Sequence record: PX880103.1
Source: a phage
Reading direction: 5' to 3' (one strand)
DNA: 64,000 bases
The notes under the pieces are model-generated. The model made no database searches, had not been told where the DNA came from, and saw only the letters and a list, made by a program, of their open reading frames with translations. The position numbers were made by a program, and so were the translations under genes. Numbering within the stretch: position 1 is the first letter of the stretch; each line of letters opens with the position of its first letter. Of this stretch, positions 41,127-51,802 are shown piece by piece.

Positions 41127-43304
41127 TTAGGCCGCAAGGGCCTTCATAGTTTTAGCGATTTGGGAAACTTCATCATCACTTAAAGAGTTGCGATAACCGA
41201 TGAAGTCGGAAACAATACGGAATTTCTTGGTAAACTCAGCAACCATTTTATCACTGTTTTTTGAAGCATTATTTGATAATACATCAAAAAGATTAGTTAC
41301 TGTCCAGATGTCATGACCGATGGTATCTTTTCCACCATTGAAATATACGCCACGTAATGAACTAACTATATTAGCGAGTCGTGTATATTCTTCAGAAACT
41401 TCATCTGTACTGAAGTACTTCATCATAAAATCTAGTTCAGGATACTTGATAATTTTATCAATATATCGTTGAGCTGAACTTGAATAACCTACATACTTAT
41501 CATAATCTACATCATCAAAAGCATCTACATATAAATCACGCAGAGTTTCAAAAATACATTGGCACTGACCGAGTTCTTTTACCTTTTTCTGTAAAAGCGG
41601 ACGAATAACATAAAATTCATTAATGCCAATAAGATTAGCCATACGAATCAAAATATTCATAGATGGATGACAAAGAGATGTAGTACCATCCATAGAGAAA
41701 ATATCAGAACGATGCATATACGCTACATAACCAGTAATTTCATCTGCTTCTGATGTGAGCGTAAATAATTCCTCTTTTTCCCAGCGCCCGTCTTTAATTT
41801 CAAACTTAAATGCTGTAGCAGCTTTAGGACGAGGAGCTTTACTTTTAACTACCTTTGGAATATAACTTTTTACTAAAGCTTCAATTTCTGACAAATAATG
41901 AATGTTAACTTCATCACTTTCAAACATCGCCATAATATCAGGAAGTAAATCAATCTGCGATTCTACTTCTGGATTAATAAACAGAAGGCGTTCGTTATGA
42001 TGAATATTCAAAGTGTTATTAAATTCACTATCATCTAACGCTCGTGCTAATCCACGAACAATATTAACACGATTTTTAATATTATCAATAACGATATTAA
42101 TTTTTGTTGTATTAATACCAAACAGACGATAACTTGATGCAACGGCTGAAGTTTCATGACTTTGCTTAATGCGCTTCAGTCGAGGGTCAAGATTTACTTC
42201 ATACACAACTCCTGCATTGCATAACTTACTGTCAGGTTCAAACATGCTCTGCATCTTTTTATATGACAGATTTTTAGTCGTGAATTTGACTGAATTACTA
42301 ATCATATAATCTCGAGCAGAATACCCCATCTTCATCAATTCACGATATGTGTGACGAGGAGATGTAGATTCTTTAAATCGTTTTACATCTTCATTAAATG
42401 CTTTCTCACTAAGTTCTTTAACTCGTTCAATAATATTTTTACGAGTACGATCATCCAGTGAAAGAGCCTCACGAGATGGAGCAATATCAAGTGAACCCAT
42501 TGGAAACTTAATGTAATTCACTTCATTGCGGATGCTTAACCAGTTACGATCTCTAATAACACCATCGATAGGATAAACAATACCGCCATAGATAGCATAT
42601 AATCCACCGCGATCAGGCCAGTATCTTTCTGGATTTACGCCGTAATAATCATCGAAATCCGGAAAATAATCAATTTCGCGGTCAAGACCATTAATGATAG
42701 CCAAATCTTTGAATGGTCGCATGATATAAGAAACTTCATAAGCAAAGTTTCTAAAGTCTTTTTCTTCAACTGGAACTACGATTTCAATACCAGTTTTATC
42801 ATCTGGACCCATTTCTTTTACGAATGTAGGTTTAATCTGTGGACCATCACCATCCATGTAAGCTACATAACCACGAATTTCACCTTTATGATACGAAGTA
42901 ATACTAAATGTATCAGTATAACTAAACGGAGATTTAGAACCTAAACCAAATCCGCCAATGAAATCGTTAGATTCAGCCTTAGATGAACTGAAGTATGAAT
43001 TATACAGTCCAGGAGAATTATCATCACCCTGAATATCAAAATCACTCATACCCGGACCAAAATCTCGACAAACAAATCGTGGATCTAAACGTCCAGGAAC
43101 TTGTATGATAAATTTTTCAGGATTTCCATTGAGAGCATGGGCATCAATCATGTTAGTAATCAATTCACGAACTACTGCGCGAATCTTGTTTGTATACAAA
43201 TCAGATGACAGAATTTTAAATACTTTAGGAGATGCTGTGATGCTAAATGCTTTTGATTTAGAACCATTACCAAGAATTGTTTCTTTTTCAGTGGTGATAA
43301 TCAT
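41127..43304 (-). CDS. rIIA: RIIA
   Basis: 725 aa = T4 RIIA length; GHKL-ATPase-like N-terminal region. Confidence 0.93.
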   Translation of the reverse strand: MIITTEKETILGNGSKSKAFSITASPKVFKILSSDLYTNKIRAVVRELITNMIDAHALNGNPEKFIIQVPGRLDPRFVCRDFGPGMSDFDIQGDDNSPGLYNSYFSSSKAESNDFIGGFGLGSKSPFSYTDTFSITSYHKGEIRGYVAYMDGDGPQIKPTFVKEMGPDDKTGIEIVVPVEEKDFRNFAYEVSYIMRPFKDLAIINGLDREIDYFPDFDDYYGVNPERYWPDRGGLYAIYGGIVYPIDGVIRDRNWLSIRNEVNYIKFPMGSLDIAPSREALSLDDRTRKNIIERVKELSEKAFNEDVKRFKESTSPRHTYRELMKMGYSARDYMISNSVKFTTKNLSYKKMQSMFEPDSKLCNAGVVYEVNLDPRLKRIKQSHETSAVASSYRLFGINTTKINIVIDNIKNRVNIVRGLARALDDSEFNNTLNIHHNERLLFINPEVESQIDLLPDIMAMFESDEVNIHYLSEIEALVKSYIPKVVKSKAPRPKAATAFKFEIKDGRWEKEELFTLTSEADEITGYVAYMHRSDIFSMDGTTSLCHPSMNILIRMANLIGINEFYVIRPLLQKKVKELGQCQCIFETLRDLYVDAFDDVDYDKYVGYSSSAQRYIDKIIKYPELDFMMKYFSTDEVSEEYTRLANIVSSLRGVYFNGGKDTIGHDIWTVTNLFDVLSNNASKNSDKMVAEFTKKFRIVSDFIGYRNSLSDDEVSQIAKTMKALAA

Positions 43305-43314
43305 AATTTCCTCA

Positions 43315-43518
43315 TTAATTCATATTACGTTTAATAACTTCGGCAACTTCTAGTAGTTCATCTTTAGTTGCAGTGTCGGATTGAATTTTATCTCTAATAT
43401 CTTTAAAGCGGTTTTTAAATTCTTCGGCTTCTCCCATATCGAAAAAGCGTTGAATGATTCTATATTCTCGATGAACTGCTTTATCAAAAAGCTCTAAATT
43501 TACTTTATATGATTTCAT
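43315..43518 (-). CDS. hypothetical protein (rIIA.1 position)
   Basis: 67-aa ORF. Confidence 0.6.
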   Translation of the reverse strand: MKSYKVNLELFDKAVHREYRIIQRFFDMGEAEEFKNRFKDIRDKIQSDTATKDELLEVAEVIKRNMN

Positions 43519-43534
43519 TTCAATATCCTCATTT

Positions 43535-43575
43535 GCCCAATTAATTATACCACATCCTTGTGGTAAAGTAAACTA
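43535..43575 (-). promoter_or_regulatory. sigma70-type early promoter upstream of rIIA.1/rIIA
   Basis: Minus-strand GTTTAC and TATAAT-like elements (plus: ttaattataccacatccttgtggtaaagtaaac). Confidence 0.45.
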
Positions 43576-45393
43576 CTGGCTCATCCATTCTTTACGAAGG
43601 TCAGCATTATCTCCCATGAGCATTTCAAAAAGCTCTTTCCAGTTCTCAGGAAGTTTAACAACATCATATACTGGGTTTTGAATCATCTCACGATATTCAG
43701 ATTTTTCCAAAGAGCCAAGTCCTTTAATATAACGGATGCTATGTTTAGGTAGAGCATCTTTGGCACTCTCATATTCAGCGACTGTATAAAACCATTCTTG
43801 TTTTTTACCGACCTGAGCGATGATTACAGGAGTTTTGACAAAGCGAATTCTTCCTTGTTCAAACAGTTCTGGCCAATTACTAAAAAATCCGAGCAGAGAA
43901 GGATAAATGCTTCCTAGACCATCATGGTCAGCATCAGTCATAATAGCAATATTATGATAATTCAAGTTTTCAGCTTTTTCACCGAGAACTAATCCAGTGA
44001 TTGCGCAAATATCAAATAGTTCTTTGTTTTTAAGCATATCGGCATATGACATACCCCAGCTATTAAGAACTTTACCGCGTAATGGATAACCACCGTGAAG
44101 TTCTTTATCACGAACATCAATAAGATATCCGATAGCAGAATCACCCTCGGTTAAGAACAATGTAGTGTCAGCATCTTTACCGCAAAGATTCGCTTTAATA
44201 TGTTTATGAACCTTAGCTTTAGAAGCCTTTTTAGCTGCTTTAGTTTCTGCTGCTTTTTCTGCTGCCAATTTACGAGCTAATGCTGCTTCAATAATTGGCA
44301 TTAGAATTGCTTCATTATTTAGAATAGCGCGTGAAATCTTTTTAGCATCAAGTTGAATATGACTACGAATTTCACCAAATGGAGAAGTCAAACGCTCTTT
44401 AGTTTGAGAGTCAAATCGCATGTTTTTCATATCGCGAACAAACATAACGATAGTCAAACATTCTTTAACACGTGCTTTAGTCACATCAATTTTGAACTTA
44501 CGTTTGATTTGTGGAATAAGGTCTTCACAAATATCATCCATAACACAGTCAATGTGATGGCCACCATTCTTAGTATGAATGTTATTGACGTATGTTAATT
44601 GACGAAAACCATCCGGTGAACGACCAACCGCAATAGAACAATTTTCTTGTTCTTGAACGATAGCATGTTCATCATATTGGCGTGCGTATTTCTTAAAATT
44701 ACCCTGAACCTTTTTACCATTAAAGGTAAATTGAATATCAGGATAAACAACAGCAAGTGTTTGGAGACGATCTAGTGTAATGTCAAGATAAACTTGGGAC
44801 AGCTCATTAGTTTCAAATGACATAAAATCAGGAATGAAAGTAACACGGGTTCCTTTCCATTTTCCAGGAATATCTTCCCATGATTTATTTTCCATGCCGT
44901 TTGAACAACGAACTACAATATTATTTTGACCATCGCCAGTTTCACCAACAAACATCACAGAAAAAATGTTTGTCAAACTAGAACCAACACCATTCATACC
45001 GCCAGTGACGCGTTCTTTATCATCACCAAAGTTACCACCTGCTTTTGGAATAGTCCATGCAGCAACAGGACCAGGAATTTCTTCACCGGTAGGTGTTTTA
45101 ACCATTGCCTGCGGAATACCACGACCGTTATCTTCAACTGTTACTTGATTGTTTTTAATAGTAACATTAATTTTATTTGCGAATTTAAACTTAGTACGAA
45201 TACCTTCATCTACTGAGTTATCGATAATTTCATCAATAAGCTTAACAAGACCAGGTACATACTGAACACTTTCCCATTTACCAAACAGAAAGCGCTCATG
45301 CATTTCATTAGCAGAAGAGCCAATGTACATGCCGCTACGCTTTTTGATATGTTCAATATCGCTCAGAATTTTAATTTCATTCTTAATCATCAC
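43573..45393 (-). CDS. 39: gp39 DNA topoisomerase II large subunit (GyrB-like), unsplit
   Basis: 606 aa continuous; GHKL ATPase and TOPRIM motifs; in T4 this protein is split into genes 39 and 60. Confidence 0.9.
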   Translation of the reverse strand: MMIKNEIKILSDIEHIKKRSGMYIGSSANEMHERFLFGKWESVQYVPGLVKLIDEIIDNSVDEGIRTKFKFANKINVTIKNNQVTVEDNGRGIPQAMVKTPTGEEIPGPVAAWTIPKAGGNFGDDKERVTGGMNGVGSSLTNIFSVMFVGETGDGQNNIVVRCSNGMENKSWEDIPGKWKGTRVTFIPDFMSFETNELSQVYLDITLDRLQTLAVVYPDIQFTFNGKKVQGNFKKYARQYDEHAIVQEQENCSIAVGRSPDGFRQLTYVNNIHTKNGGHHIDCVMDDICEDLIPQIKRKFKIDVTKARVKECLTIVMFVRDMKNMRFDSQTKERLTSPFGEIRSHIQLDAKKISRAILNNEAILMPIIEAALARKLAAEKAAETKAAKKASKAKVHKHIKANLCGKDADTTLFLTEGDSAIGYLIDVRDKELHGGYPLRGKVLNSWGMSYADMLKNKELFDICAITGLVLGEKAENLNYHNIAIMTDADHDGLGSIYPSLLGFFSNWPELFEQGRIRFVKTPVIIAQVGKKQEWFYTVAEYESAKDALPKHSIRYIKGLGSLEKSEYREMIQNPVYDVVKLPENWKELFEMLMGDNADLRKEWMSQ

Positions 45394-45459
45394 TTATCCT
45401 CGTTTGGTTTCGGGAATATTATACTCCAGTAATCATAAAGCTAAAGGCCCGAAGGCCTT

Positions 45460-45729
45460 TTATTTAAAACGAATAGTCGAATCCTTGAAGAATAGTCCAG
45501 AACATACTGTTCCTTCTACTTTCTGCCCGGTAGGTCCAATAGCACGAAATCCAGTATGTTGGAAATCATTTTCAGAGCAACCGAACCAGTTATATCCAGT
45601 GATTTCAATATTAGTAAAACCACTTGAAGACAAAACTTTGGTTGCATTATCAGCATCAGTACATCCTACTAAAGACACTACTAATACTAATGCTGCGATA
45701 GAACGATTAATATATTTCATAATTTTCAC
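45460..45729 (-). CDS. putative lipoprotein
   Basis: 89 aa; signal peptide with lipobox SLVGC. Confidence 0.55.
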   Translation of the reverse strand: MKIMKYINRSIAALVLVVSLVGCTDADNATKVLSSSGFTNIEITGYNWFGCSENDFQHTGFRAIGPTGQKVEGTVCSGLFFKDSTIRFK

Positions 45730-46103
45730 TTAAATTTAATGGCTTGAAGAAGACTAATAACTCTCAAGCGGCTTCTTTCATCTTTAACTGTAAAGGAAAG
45801 AGGGTCACCAGATTTCATAGTGATAGTGCATCCAAAATCAAAATTTTCGGGAACTTCTTCGAAGAAGTCAAATTCTTCAGCATAAATTAGAACATTACTC
45901 TGCATACTGTGAAGAATTTTTCCATTATTTCCAGACGCTGTACTAATCATCGTAACATTATGACCTTTCATATCTTCAACGATAAATTCGCTTGTAGATA
46001 TTACAGCATTAATAGAACCATTCCTATAAATAGCAGACATTAGATATTTCTTTTCTTCGCCTTCGCGAATACGATATTTCTTACCGATTTTAAACATAAT
46101 CAC
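45726..46103 (-). CDS. hypothetical protein
   Basis: 125-aa ORF (track start is GTG; ATG two codons in). Confidence 0.5.
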   Translation of the reverse strand: MIMFKIGKKYRIREGEEKKYLMSAIYRNGSINAVISTSEFIVEDMKGHNVTMISTASGNNGKILHSMQSNVLIYAEEFDFFEEVPENFDFGCTITMKSGDPLSFTVKDERSRLRVISLLQAIKFK

Positions 46104-46276
46104 CCTTTAAGTAAGTCGTAAAAACCACCATTCACATGCTTAGGAGCAGAAGGCCGACGAGTAGACAAACGATGACATTTAGGGCAAACATCATTTTCTC
46201 GTTCAGAAATCTTTTTAATTTTTTCATATTCATGCCCGCAATCTTCGGATTGGCATTTATAATCATACATTGGCAT
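46099..46276 (-). CDS. small zinc-ribbon protein (CxxC...CxxC, FmdB-like)
   Basis: Hand-translated MPMYDYKCQSEDCGHEYEKIKKISERENDVCPKCHRL...; ~58 aa, below track cut-off; coordinates +/-2 nt. Confidence 0.4.
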
Positions 46277-46278
46277 AA

Positions 46279-46698
46279 TTATTCCTTAAAGTGAGCTTTC
46301 AACATCTGATACAAGGACCATGCTTGTTCATTATTTTCAATAGTAACTTTCATTACCGGGAATTCTGTGAAATCTTCTATTTGTTCTTGCTCTTCCTGCT
46401 CTTGTTCTTCAGCAGCCTGATATGGATTTTCAACTTCATCAAAGAACCCAGCTTCGTTAGTAGAGAGCCAGATAAAGTTTTCGTCAAGGATATCACCGCC
46501 GGCACAGCGTTTGAGTACACCTATGGATGTCATAATTTTAGTAGGACGCCCAAGATAATCAGCATCTAAAATTTTAAAAGGCTCCATACCTAAACGTCGT
46601 GCATAGATTCCGTTATCAGTATGGTCTTTAATAAAATTTTCTTGAGCTTGTTTATTTTTAAATTGATACCATTTATTAACTTCAAATTTAATAGCCAT
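46279..46698 (-). CDS. hypothetical acidic protein
   Basis: 139-aa ORF with [10 protein letters not shown] acidic stretch. Confidence 0.5.
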   Translation of the reverse strand: MAIKFEVNKWYQFKNKQAQENFIKDHTDNGIYARRLGMEPFKILDADYLGRPTKIMTSIGVLKRCAGGDILDENFIWLSTNEAGFFDEVENPYQAAEEQEQEEQEQIEDFTEFPVMKVTIENNEQAWSLYQMLKAHFKE

Positions 46699-46913
46699 TA
46701 ATAAATTTCCTTCCAGTAAGTTGTGCCGTCTTCAGTAATTTCACGAAATACACCGTAAATTGGCTGTTTATCACCGACTTTCTCATACACATAAACAGAA
46801 GTCAAGTGAGTAAACTTGCTAGTATGTTCCTTTTGAACTACTACCAAGTCTGGATCGAATAATACATCTTCAAATTCGTCATTAGTGCAGTTTTGAACAA
46901 TTTTACGTTTCAT
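46698..46913 (-). CDS. hypothetical protein
   Basis: 71-aa ORF. Confidence 0.5.
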   Translation of the reverse strand: MKRKIVQNCTNDEFEDVLFDPDLVVVQKEHTSKFTHLTSVYVYEKVGDKQPIYGVFREITEDGTTYWKEIY

Positions 46914-47085
46914 TACAATTTCCTCATTAATTGAACATTGGAGCGATGCGTTTCAGAAGAGTATCAACACCTTTAGCGAATTTTCCATTTTATTCTCCGA
47001 GTTGTTTTCTGTATCAGTAGTTGATATTGATATAGTACCATAATCAACTACTGATGTATATAGTTTTATGAAAAAATTTTAAACT

Positions 47086-47574
47086 TTATGCATAGAGAGC
47101 ATTGCTATAGTGTTTAATCCAACTTTCAGGAATGACTTTGTATGTTCCTAAAAATACCACGTTGTACAACTTAACGCCATCTTCTACCCATTGATCGGTA
47201 ATGTATCCACACATAGCGCGAGTATAAGCAGCCTTTCCATCATCTTTGATAAATTTAAATTCGCAAGGAGCAATGAACTTAATAGCTTGACCGAGTTTCC
47301 ACTTAAAGTCTACACCTACATGCGAAGTATCAATCGTTTCAATTCCTTTAGCGGGAACAGCTTTCAAAAACGCAGATTCAAGAAATTTCGCGCGAACATA
47401 ACCAAACTGGGGTTTAGACTTTCCATCTTTAGGAATGATACGAACTTTTACTTCAGAATCTTCATCTTTAACGCCATGCTTAAGCTGAATGCTTACAATT
47501 TCGACCAATTTTCCTGCTGCTTTAGAACGGGATTTATCAGATACACGAGCAATTTCACCAATATTAATAATCAT
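47086..47574 (-). CDS. motB: MotB-like DNA-binding protein
   Basis: 162 aa = T4 MotB length; position between gene 39 region and dexA. Confidence 0.6.
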   Translation of the reverse strand: MIINIGEIARVSDKSRSKAAGKLVEIVSIQLKHGVKDEDSEVKVRIIPKDGKSKPQFGYVRAKFLESAFLKAVPAKGIETIDTSHVGVDFKWKLGQAIKFIAPCEFKFIKDDGKAAYTRAMCGYITDQWVEDGVKLYNVVFLGTYKVIPESWIKHYSNALYA

Positions 47575-47614
47575 AGTTATCTCTCACTTGTTAAAAAGAT
47601 TTTATACTCCACAG

Positions 47615-47650
47615 GACCATTATACTCTGGTCCCAAGAGTTTGTAAACTA
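47615..47650 (-). promoter_or_regulatory. sigma70-type early promoter for motB
   Basis: Minus-strand GTTTAC (plus 47643-47648) and TATAAT (plus attata 47619-47624). Confidence 0.5.
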
Positions 47651-48190
47651 TTAATTCAAAATAGCTACCACTGCACTACGAGGTACTACGCTAAAATCAC
47701 CCGCATGAACAACGTTCAGAAGTTCAACACCATCTTCAATCCATTGGTCTGTTACCCAACCACAGACCGAAATAAATGGAGTCTTGATAGCTACCGCATG
47801 AGTTAGAAGGTCAGTAGGATCAACTTCTTTGAAGAGGATAAGCTCTGCTTCAAAGACTATAGTTTTAATTACTTCATCATTATCTAAGCGATGTACTCGA
47901 ATCACGTAAGCTTTATTCTTATCATGCCAGTTACTTTTTGAAAAACTTTTAACCACAAACTCGCCTTCACCAAAAGCATTAGTCAATGCTTTATAACCCA
48001 AATTTAGTTCAGTAGTTTTAATTTCAGTTTCAACCAGTTTGTAGGTTTTGCCGATTTCAATAGCGGTAGCCATAGTAGGTTCCTTAATTTCCAGTGGTTT
48101 AACAGGGCATACATAAGTGCTTACAACATCAAAATCAATCAGTTTAGCTACCGGATTTGGTATGTATTCAGGATTATAATTAAATTTCAT
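47651..48190 (-). CDS. MotB paralog (shared C-terminal domain)
   Basis: 179-aa ORF; C-terminus GWVTDQWIEDGVELLNVVHAGDFSVVP parallels MotB GYITDQWVEDGVKLYNVVFLGTYKVIP. Confidence 0.55.
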   Translation of the reverse strand: MKFNYNPEYIPNPVAKLIDFDVVSTYVCPVKPLEIKEPTMATAIEIGKTYKLVETEIKTTELNLGYKALTNAFGEGEFVVKSFSKSNWHDKNKAYVIRVHRLDNDEVIKTIVFEAELILFKEVDPTDLLTHAVAIKTPFISVCGWVTDQWIEDGVELLNVVHAGDFSVVPRSAVVAILN

Positions 48191-48192
48191 AA

Positions 48193-48693
48193 TTATCTCA
48201 TTTCAATAAAATCTACGAGTTCAGCATGCGATTTGCGGAACATTACTTGATGCCCACCAATGATAACTTCATCTTCAGGAACTTCGTATACAGCGAGATA
48301 AAATCCTTTAGAAGATAATTCTTCCCGCTCTTCTCGTGTGAACCATCTCATCATATCATATTCGCTAGCGAAAGCAAAATGATAAAGAGCTATAAACCAT
48401 CCTGGAATATGATATTCTACTCCAACATAATCTTTCTTGAACTTAGTATTAATTACTATATTAGCGTTTTTAACTAATAGTTTATCTTCGTGTGGTAAAG
48501 GAATTCTTTTATTATTATCGCTATGATGCATAAAATTAGGTCTGTCATAACCTACGTGTAATAGCCACTCTTCGCTCCATGAATCTATTATACTCCTGTA
48601 TGGCGTTATTTGAACACAAAGATTTCGACGTATTGTTATAGCATCTTCACAATTAAGAATACTAAACGATGATTCAACACGATAAATTTTCAT
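48193..48693 (-). CDS. hypothetical protein
   Basis: Internal start MKIYRV preferred because an early promoter (48715-48760) overlaps the track start. Confidence 0.5.
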   Translation of the reverse strand: MKIYRVESSFSILNCEDAITIRRNLCVQITPYRSIIDSWSEEWLLHVGYDRPNFMHHSDNNKRIPLPHEDKLLVKNANIVINTKFKKDYVGVEYHIPGWFIALYHFAFASEYDMMRWFTREEREELSSKGFYLAVYEVPEDEVIIGGHQVMFRKSHAELVDFIEMR

Positions 48694-48756
48694 TTTATTA
48701 TCCTCAGTAGCTATGGTGTTATAATACCACAACTAACCGAGGAAGTAAACAACTTT

Positions 48757-49440
48757 TTATCGTTTTGTTGGAAGAGATAGAGGATCGCATTCTTCCTCTG
48801 ATGGAGCATCTTCGAGACCCATAGCATATCGCAAAGCATACTTCATCATCAGAATATCTTTCGCACAGTCATGAATAGAATCATGCGCAACAAATCCATC
48901 TAAGGTTCCTTTTGGAAGAGGGCACGTGGTCATATCACGAACAAGCAGAAGTGCTTCAATTCTGGTACGAATATCACGCTGATTCCAGAATTTACATGGT
49001 TCTAACTTAAATGTGTCAAGCTCATTCTCAGAAACGCCGTTAAGACGTTGAATATCGCGAATGAGATCGACTAAAATTGGAAAATCAAACGACATTCCAC
49101 GGCACCAACCTTGAGATTTCCAAGGATCGATATTATGCGCATTGATGTAATCATTAAATTTTGCAATACCATCGATAGTACTTACATCTTCATCGGATGG
49201 TGCAATATTTTTTCGAGCTTCAGGAGATTGATTTTTCCACCATTCGATAGTGCTTTTAGTAAAAAGACGATGTCCTTTTTGGCTTTTTAAATCAAATTTG
49301 ATTTTAATGCCACGTGAAACTAATTCATCGAATGTTTCAACGACTTCTGGATTAGGGTCAAAAGCAATTACAGCCAAATCAATAACAGCTGCTTTTTCAC
49401 CACTTCCCATTGTTTCAAAATCTATAATAAAATCAAACAT
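48757..49440 (-). CDS. dexA: exonuclease A (DEDDh 3'-5' exonuclease)
   Basis: 227 aa = T4 DexA length; DnaQ-like IIDFETMG motif. Confidence 0.85.
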   Translation of the reverse strand: MFDFIIDFETMGSGEKAAVIDLAVIAFDPNPEVVETFDELVSRGIKIKFDLKSQKGHRLFTKSTIEWWKNQSPEARKNIAPSDEDVSTIDGIAKFNDYINAHNIDPWKSQGWCRGMSFDFPILVDLIRDIQRLNGVSENELDTFKLEPCKFWNQRDIRTRIEALLLVRDMTTCPLPKGTLDGFVAHDSIHDCAKDILMMKYALRYAMGLEDAPSEEECDPLSLPTKR

Positions 49441-49715
49441 TAAACTTTCCTCGCTAAATCGCGAATTTGACCTACAGTATAGTCTTGAATATAAACTTTA
49501 TTAATAGGTTCATCAATAAATTTTGCCATAGATTCAATATCTTTTTGCATCTCTTCAAGACTGTATATTATCTTTAAAGCTTTTTCGCGAATAGTAATAT
49601 TTTCAGGACCAGAATTTTTCTCAATGACAGCTTTAACATTTGTCATAAGAGATTTAAACTGACACCAACTTAATTCAATCATTAATAACCGCCTTATAAA
49701 GATGGCTAATTTCAC
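49440..49715 (-). CDS. hypothetical protein
   Basis: 91-aa ORF. Confidence 0.5.
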   Translation of the reverse strand: MKLAIFIRRLLMIELSWCQFKSLMTNVKAVIEKNSGPENITIREKALKIIYSLEEMQKDIESMAKFIDEPINKVYIQDYTVGQIRDLARKV

Positions 49716-49935
49716 CTAAAACATAATCACTGATTGTAACAGTTTTTACTTCACCACAAAAGAATTCTAACGCAATTAAATCTCGTTCAATTTCTTCTAA
49801 TTGAAGCATTAACTTGCCTGATTCAGTTTTCACGTTTTTGCGATTTTTACTATAAGCTAATTCATAAATTTCATTTACTTTATCTTGAAGAAGATAAAAC
49901 TGATCTTTAGTTATTTCCACGAATAGCTTCCTCAA
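49675..49935 (-). CDS. hypothetical protein
   Basis: 86-aa ORF. Confidence 0.45.
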   Translation of the reverse strand: MRKLFVEITKDQFYLLQDKVNEIYELAYSKNRKNVKTESGKLMLQLEEIERDLIALEFFCGEVKTVTISDYVLGEISHLYKAVIND

Positions 49936-50167
49936 ATTTAATTAGTAATTTACAGACACTTTCATCTAGTGTAATTACCGTATCTGTATTACTGTGATAT
50001 GATTGTTTTTCAATTCGTTTAATTGCTAATATAGTATCACTTATAAGATAAAGCTTATGAAGGAGCTCAGCTCCTGTTACCATAACATCGAGATTATCTT
50101 GCTTATTAGTATGCTTCCTTATACCATCTATTAGACGATTTAAATATTTTGAATTGATGTTAATCAT
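49907..50167 (-). CDS. hypothetical protein
   Basis: 86-aa ORF. Confidence 0.45.
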   Translation of the reverse strand: MININSKYLNRLIDGIRKHTNKQDNLDVMVTGAELLHKLYLISDTILAIKRIEKQSYHSNTDTVITLDESVCKLLIKFEEAIRGNN

Positions 50168-50173
50168 ATAGCC

Positions 50174-51493
50174 TCACACATAAAACACATCATAACGACC
50201 ACGGGTAACACCAACATAAAGAAGTTGTTGAGCTAATTCAGCATCTGCATAATGAATACAAGGCGTATAAATGAAAGCACGGTCTACAGACATACCCTGA
50301 GCTTTATGGAATGTTGATGCAGGAAGTGCTTTCACTTTACTAAACTGTGATTTAGCATCCCAAAAATCACTCCACGGAGCTTTTCCGCCTTTGTTCCAAT
50401 TTTTATAAGTTTCTGCCGTTTTACCTAAAAATAAGTTAAACTTATACAGCTCTTCATCAGATGAAATTATTTTAATCTTTTCACGATAATATTCATCATC
50501 GCCGTAAGTTTCTACTGTTAAATCCCAATGACGAATTAAGTATTCTCCAGAAACACCACGAGCTTTAACAAAGGTTGATGTATACTCTGCTTCTATAATA
50601 CGAACTAATTGTCCGTTATTAAAAATAATTTCTGACACAGGCTTTCCATCAATTTTATATGTTTTAATTAATGGTTCCTGCATTACAATAATTTCACCGA
50701 CAATAAAATCTTTATCAGTTTCAAAAATCTTTTTACGAATAATGCTATTTAACTTATCAACAGATTTATTCGTAAATGCCATTACACGATTTTCAAACAA
50801 ATCATCTAGTGATTTTACGATTGAAAAATAATTTACCATAAAATCACGTAAAGCGGTATCACCAGTAAATCCACGTACTCCATGCCCGTCAACAACTTTA
50901 TCATAAATCCACTTACCGTTGCGAACATCAGTAGCTACATCAATAATAGGAGCATTACTGCGTTTAACTTCAGTGAGTTCACACTGATAAAAATCTTTAT
51001 GTGTAAAGAATGGACTGATATAAGCAGTGTTTTCTCCTGGGTCAACAGGTCTGATTTGCTTATTATCACCTATTCCAATTATAGTACACCACGGCGGGAT
51101 AGTTGAAAGCAGAATTTTAAATAGCTTTCTATCATACATTGACACTTCATCGCAGATTAATACCCTGCATTTAGCTAAATCTGGTACTTCCTTCTGCTCA
51201 AAGAGGACATTTTCTTCATATGTTACCGGGTTAATTTTAAGAATACTATGAATAGTACTTGCTTCTTTCCCTGATAGTTTTGAAAGAATCTTTTTAGCCG
51301 CATGAGTAGGAGCTGCTAAAATAATACCAGTTTCACCCGTAGATATTAAAGCTTCAATGATGAACTTAGTAAGAGTAGTCTTACCAGTACCAGCAGGTCC
51401 ATTAATAGTTACATGATGTTTCTTTTCTTTAATAGCCTTCATAACAATGTTAAAGGCATTTTTCTGGCCTTCGGTCAAATCATCAAATGTCAT
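50174..51493 (-). CDS. dda: Dda DNA helicase (SF1B)
   Basis: 439 aa = T4 Dda length; Walker A GPAGTGKT, DEVSM motif. Confidence 0.93.
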   Translation of the reverse strand: MTFDDLTEGQKNAFNIVMKAIKEKKHHVTINGPAGTGKTTLTKFIIEALISTGETGIILAAPTHAAKKILSKLSGKEASTIHSILKINPVTYEENVLFEQKEVPDLAKCRVLICDEVSMYDRKLFKILLSTIPPWCTIIGIGDNKQIRPVDPGENTAYISPFFTHKDFYQCELTEVKRSNAPIIDVATDVRNGKWIYDKVVDGHGVRGFTGDTALRDFMVNYFSIVKSLDDLFENRVMAFTNKSVDKLNSIIRKKIFETDKDFIVGEIIVMQEPLIKTYKIDGKPVSEIIFNNGQLVRIIEAEYTSTFVKARGVSGEYLIRHWDLTVETYGDDEYYREKIKIISSDEELYKFNLFLGKTAETYKNWNKGGKAPWSDFWDAKSQFSKVKALPASTFHKAQGMSVDRAFIYTPCIHYADAELAQQLLYVGVTRGRYDVFYV

Positions 51494-51801
51494 CGTAAAT
51501 TCCCTGCAATTGGTATACTAACAATACGCCCAGTATCTAAAATTCGCTGATATAATCTTTGTGTGTCTACGTCAGGCTTAACATGTTTAACTTCTATTTT
51601 ATTAAACCAAAACTTGCGTGGAGTCTCAACTAATCTTGGAATTCCCTTACCTAAAGCTAATTGATACTGCTCTTTAAGAGTGGTAAATACTTTATCAGCA
51701 ATCTTCCATTCAAAAAATACAGCAGGACGATGTTCATCAAGCGGAACTGGCGCTGTAAATCCGTCTTTGTCTCGGTAAACTATCGCATATACATAAACCA
51801 T
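51490..51801 (-). CDS. hypothetical protein (dda.1 position)
   Basis: 103-aa ORF. Confidence 0.55.
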   Translation of the reverse strand: MVYVYAIVYRDKDGFTAPVPLDEHRPAVFFEWKIADKVFTTLKEQYQLALGKGIPRLVETPRKFWFNKIEVKHVKPDVDTQRLYQRILDTGRIVSIPIAGNLR

Positions 51802-51802
51802 A

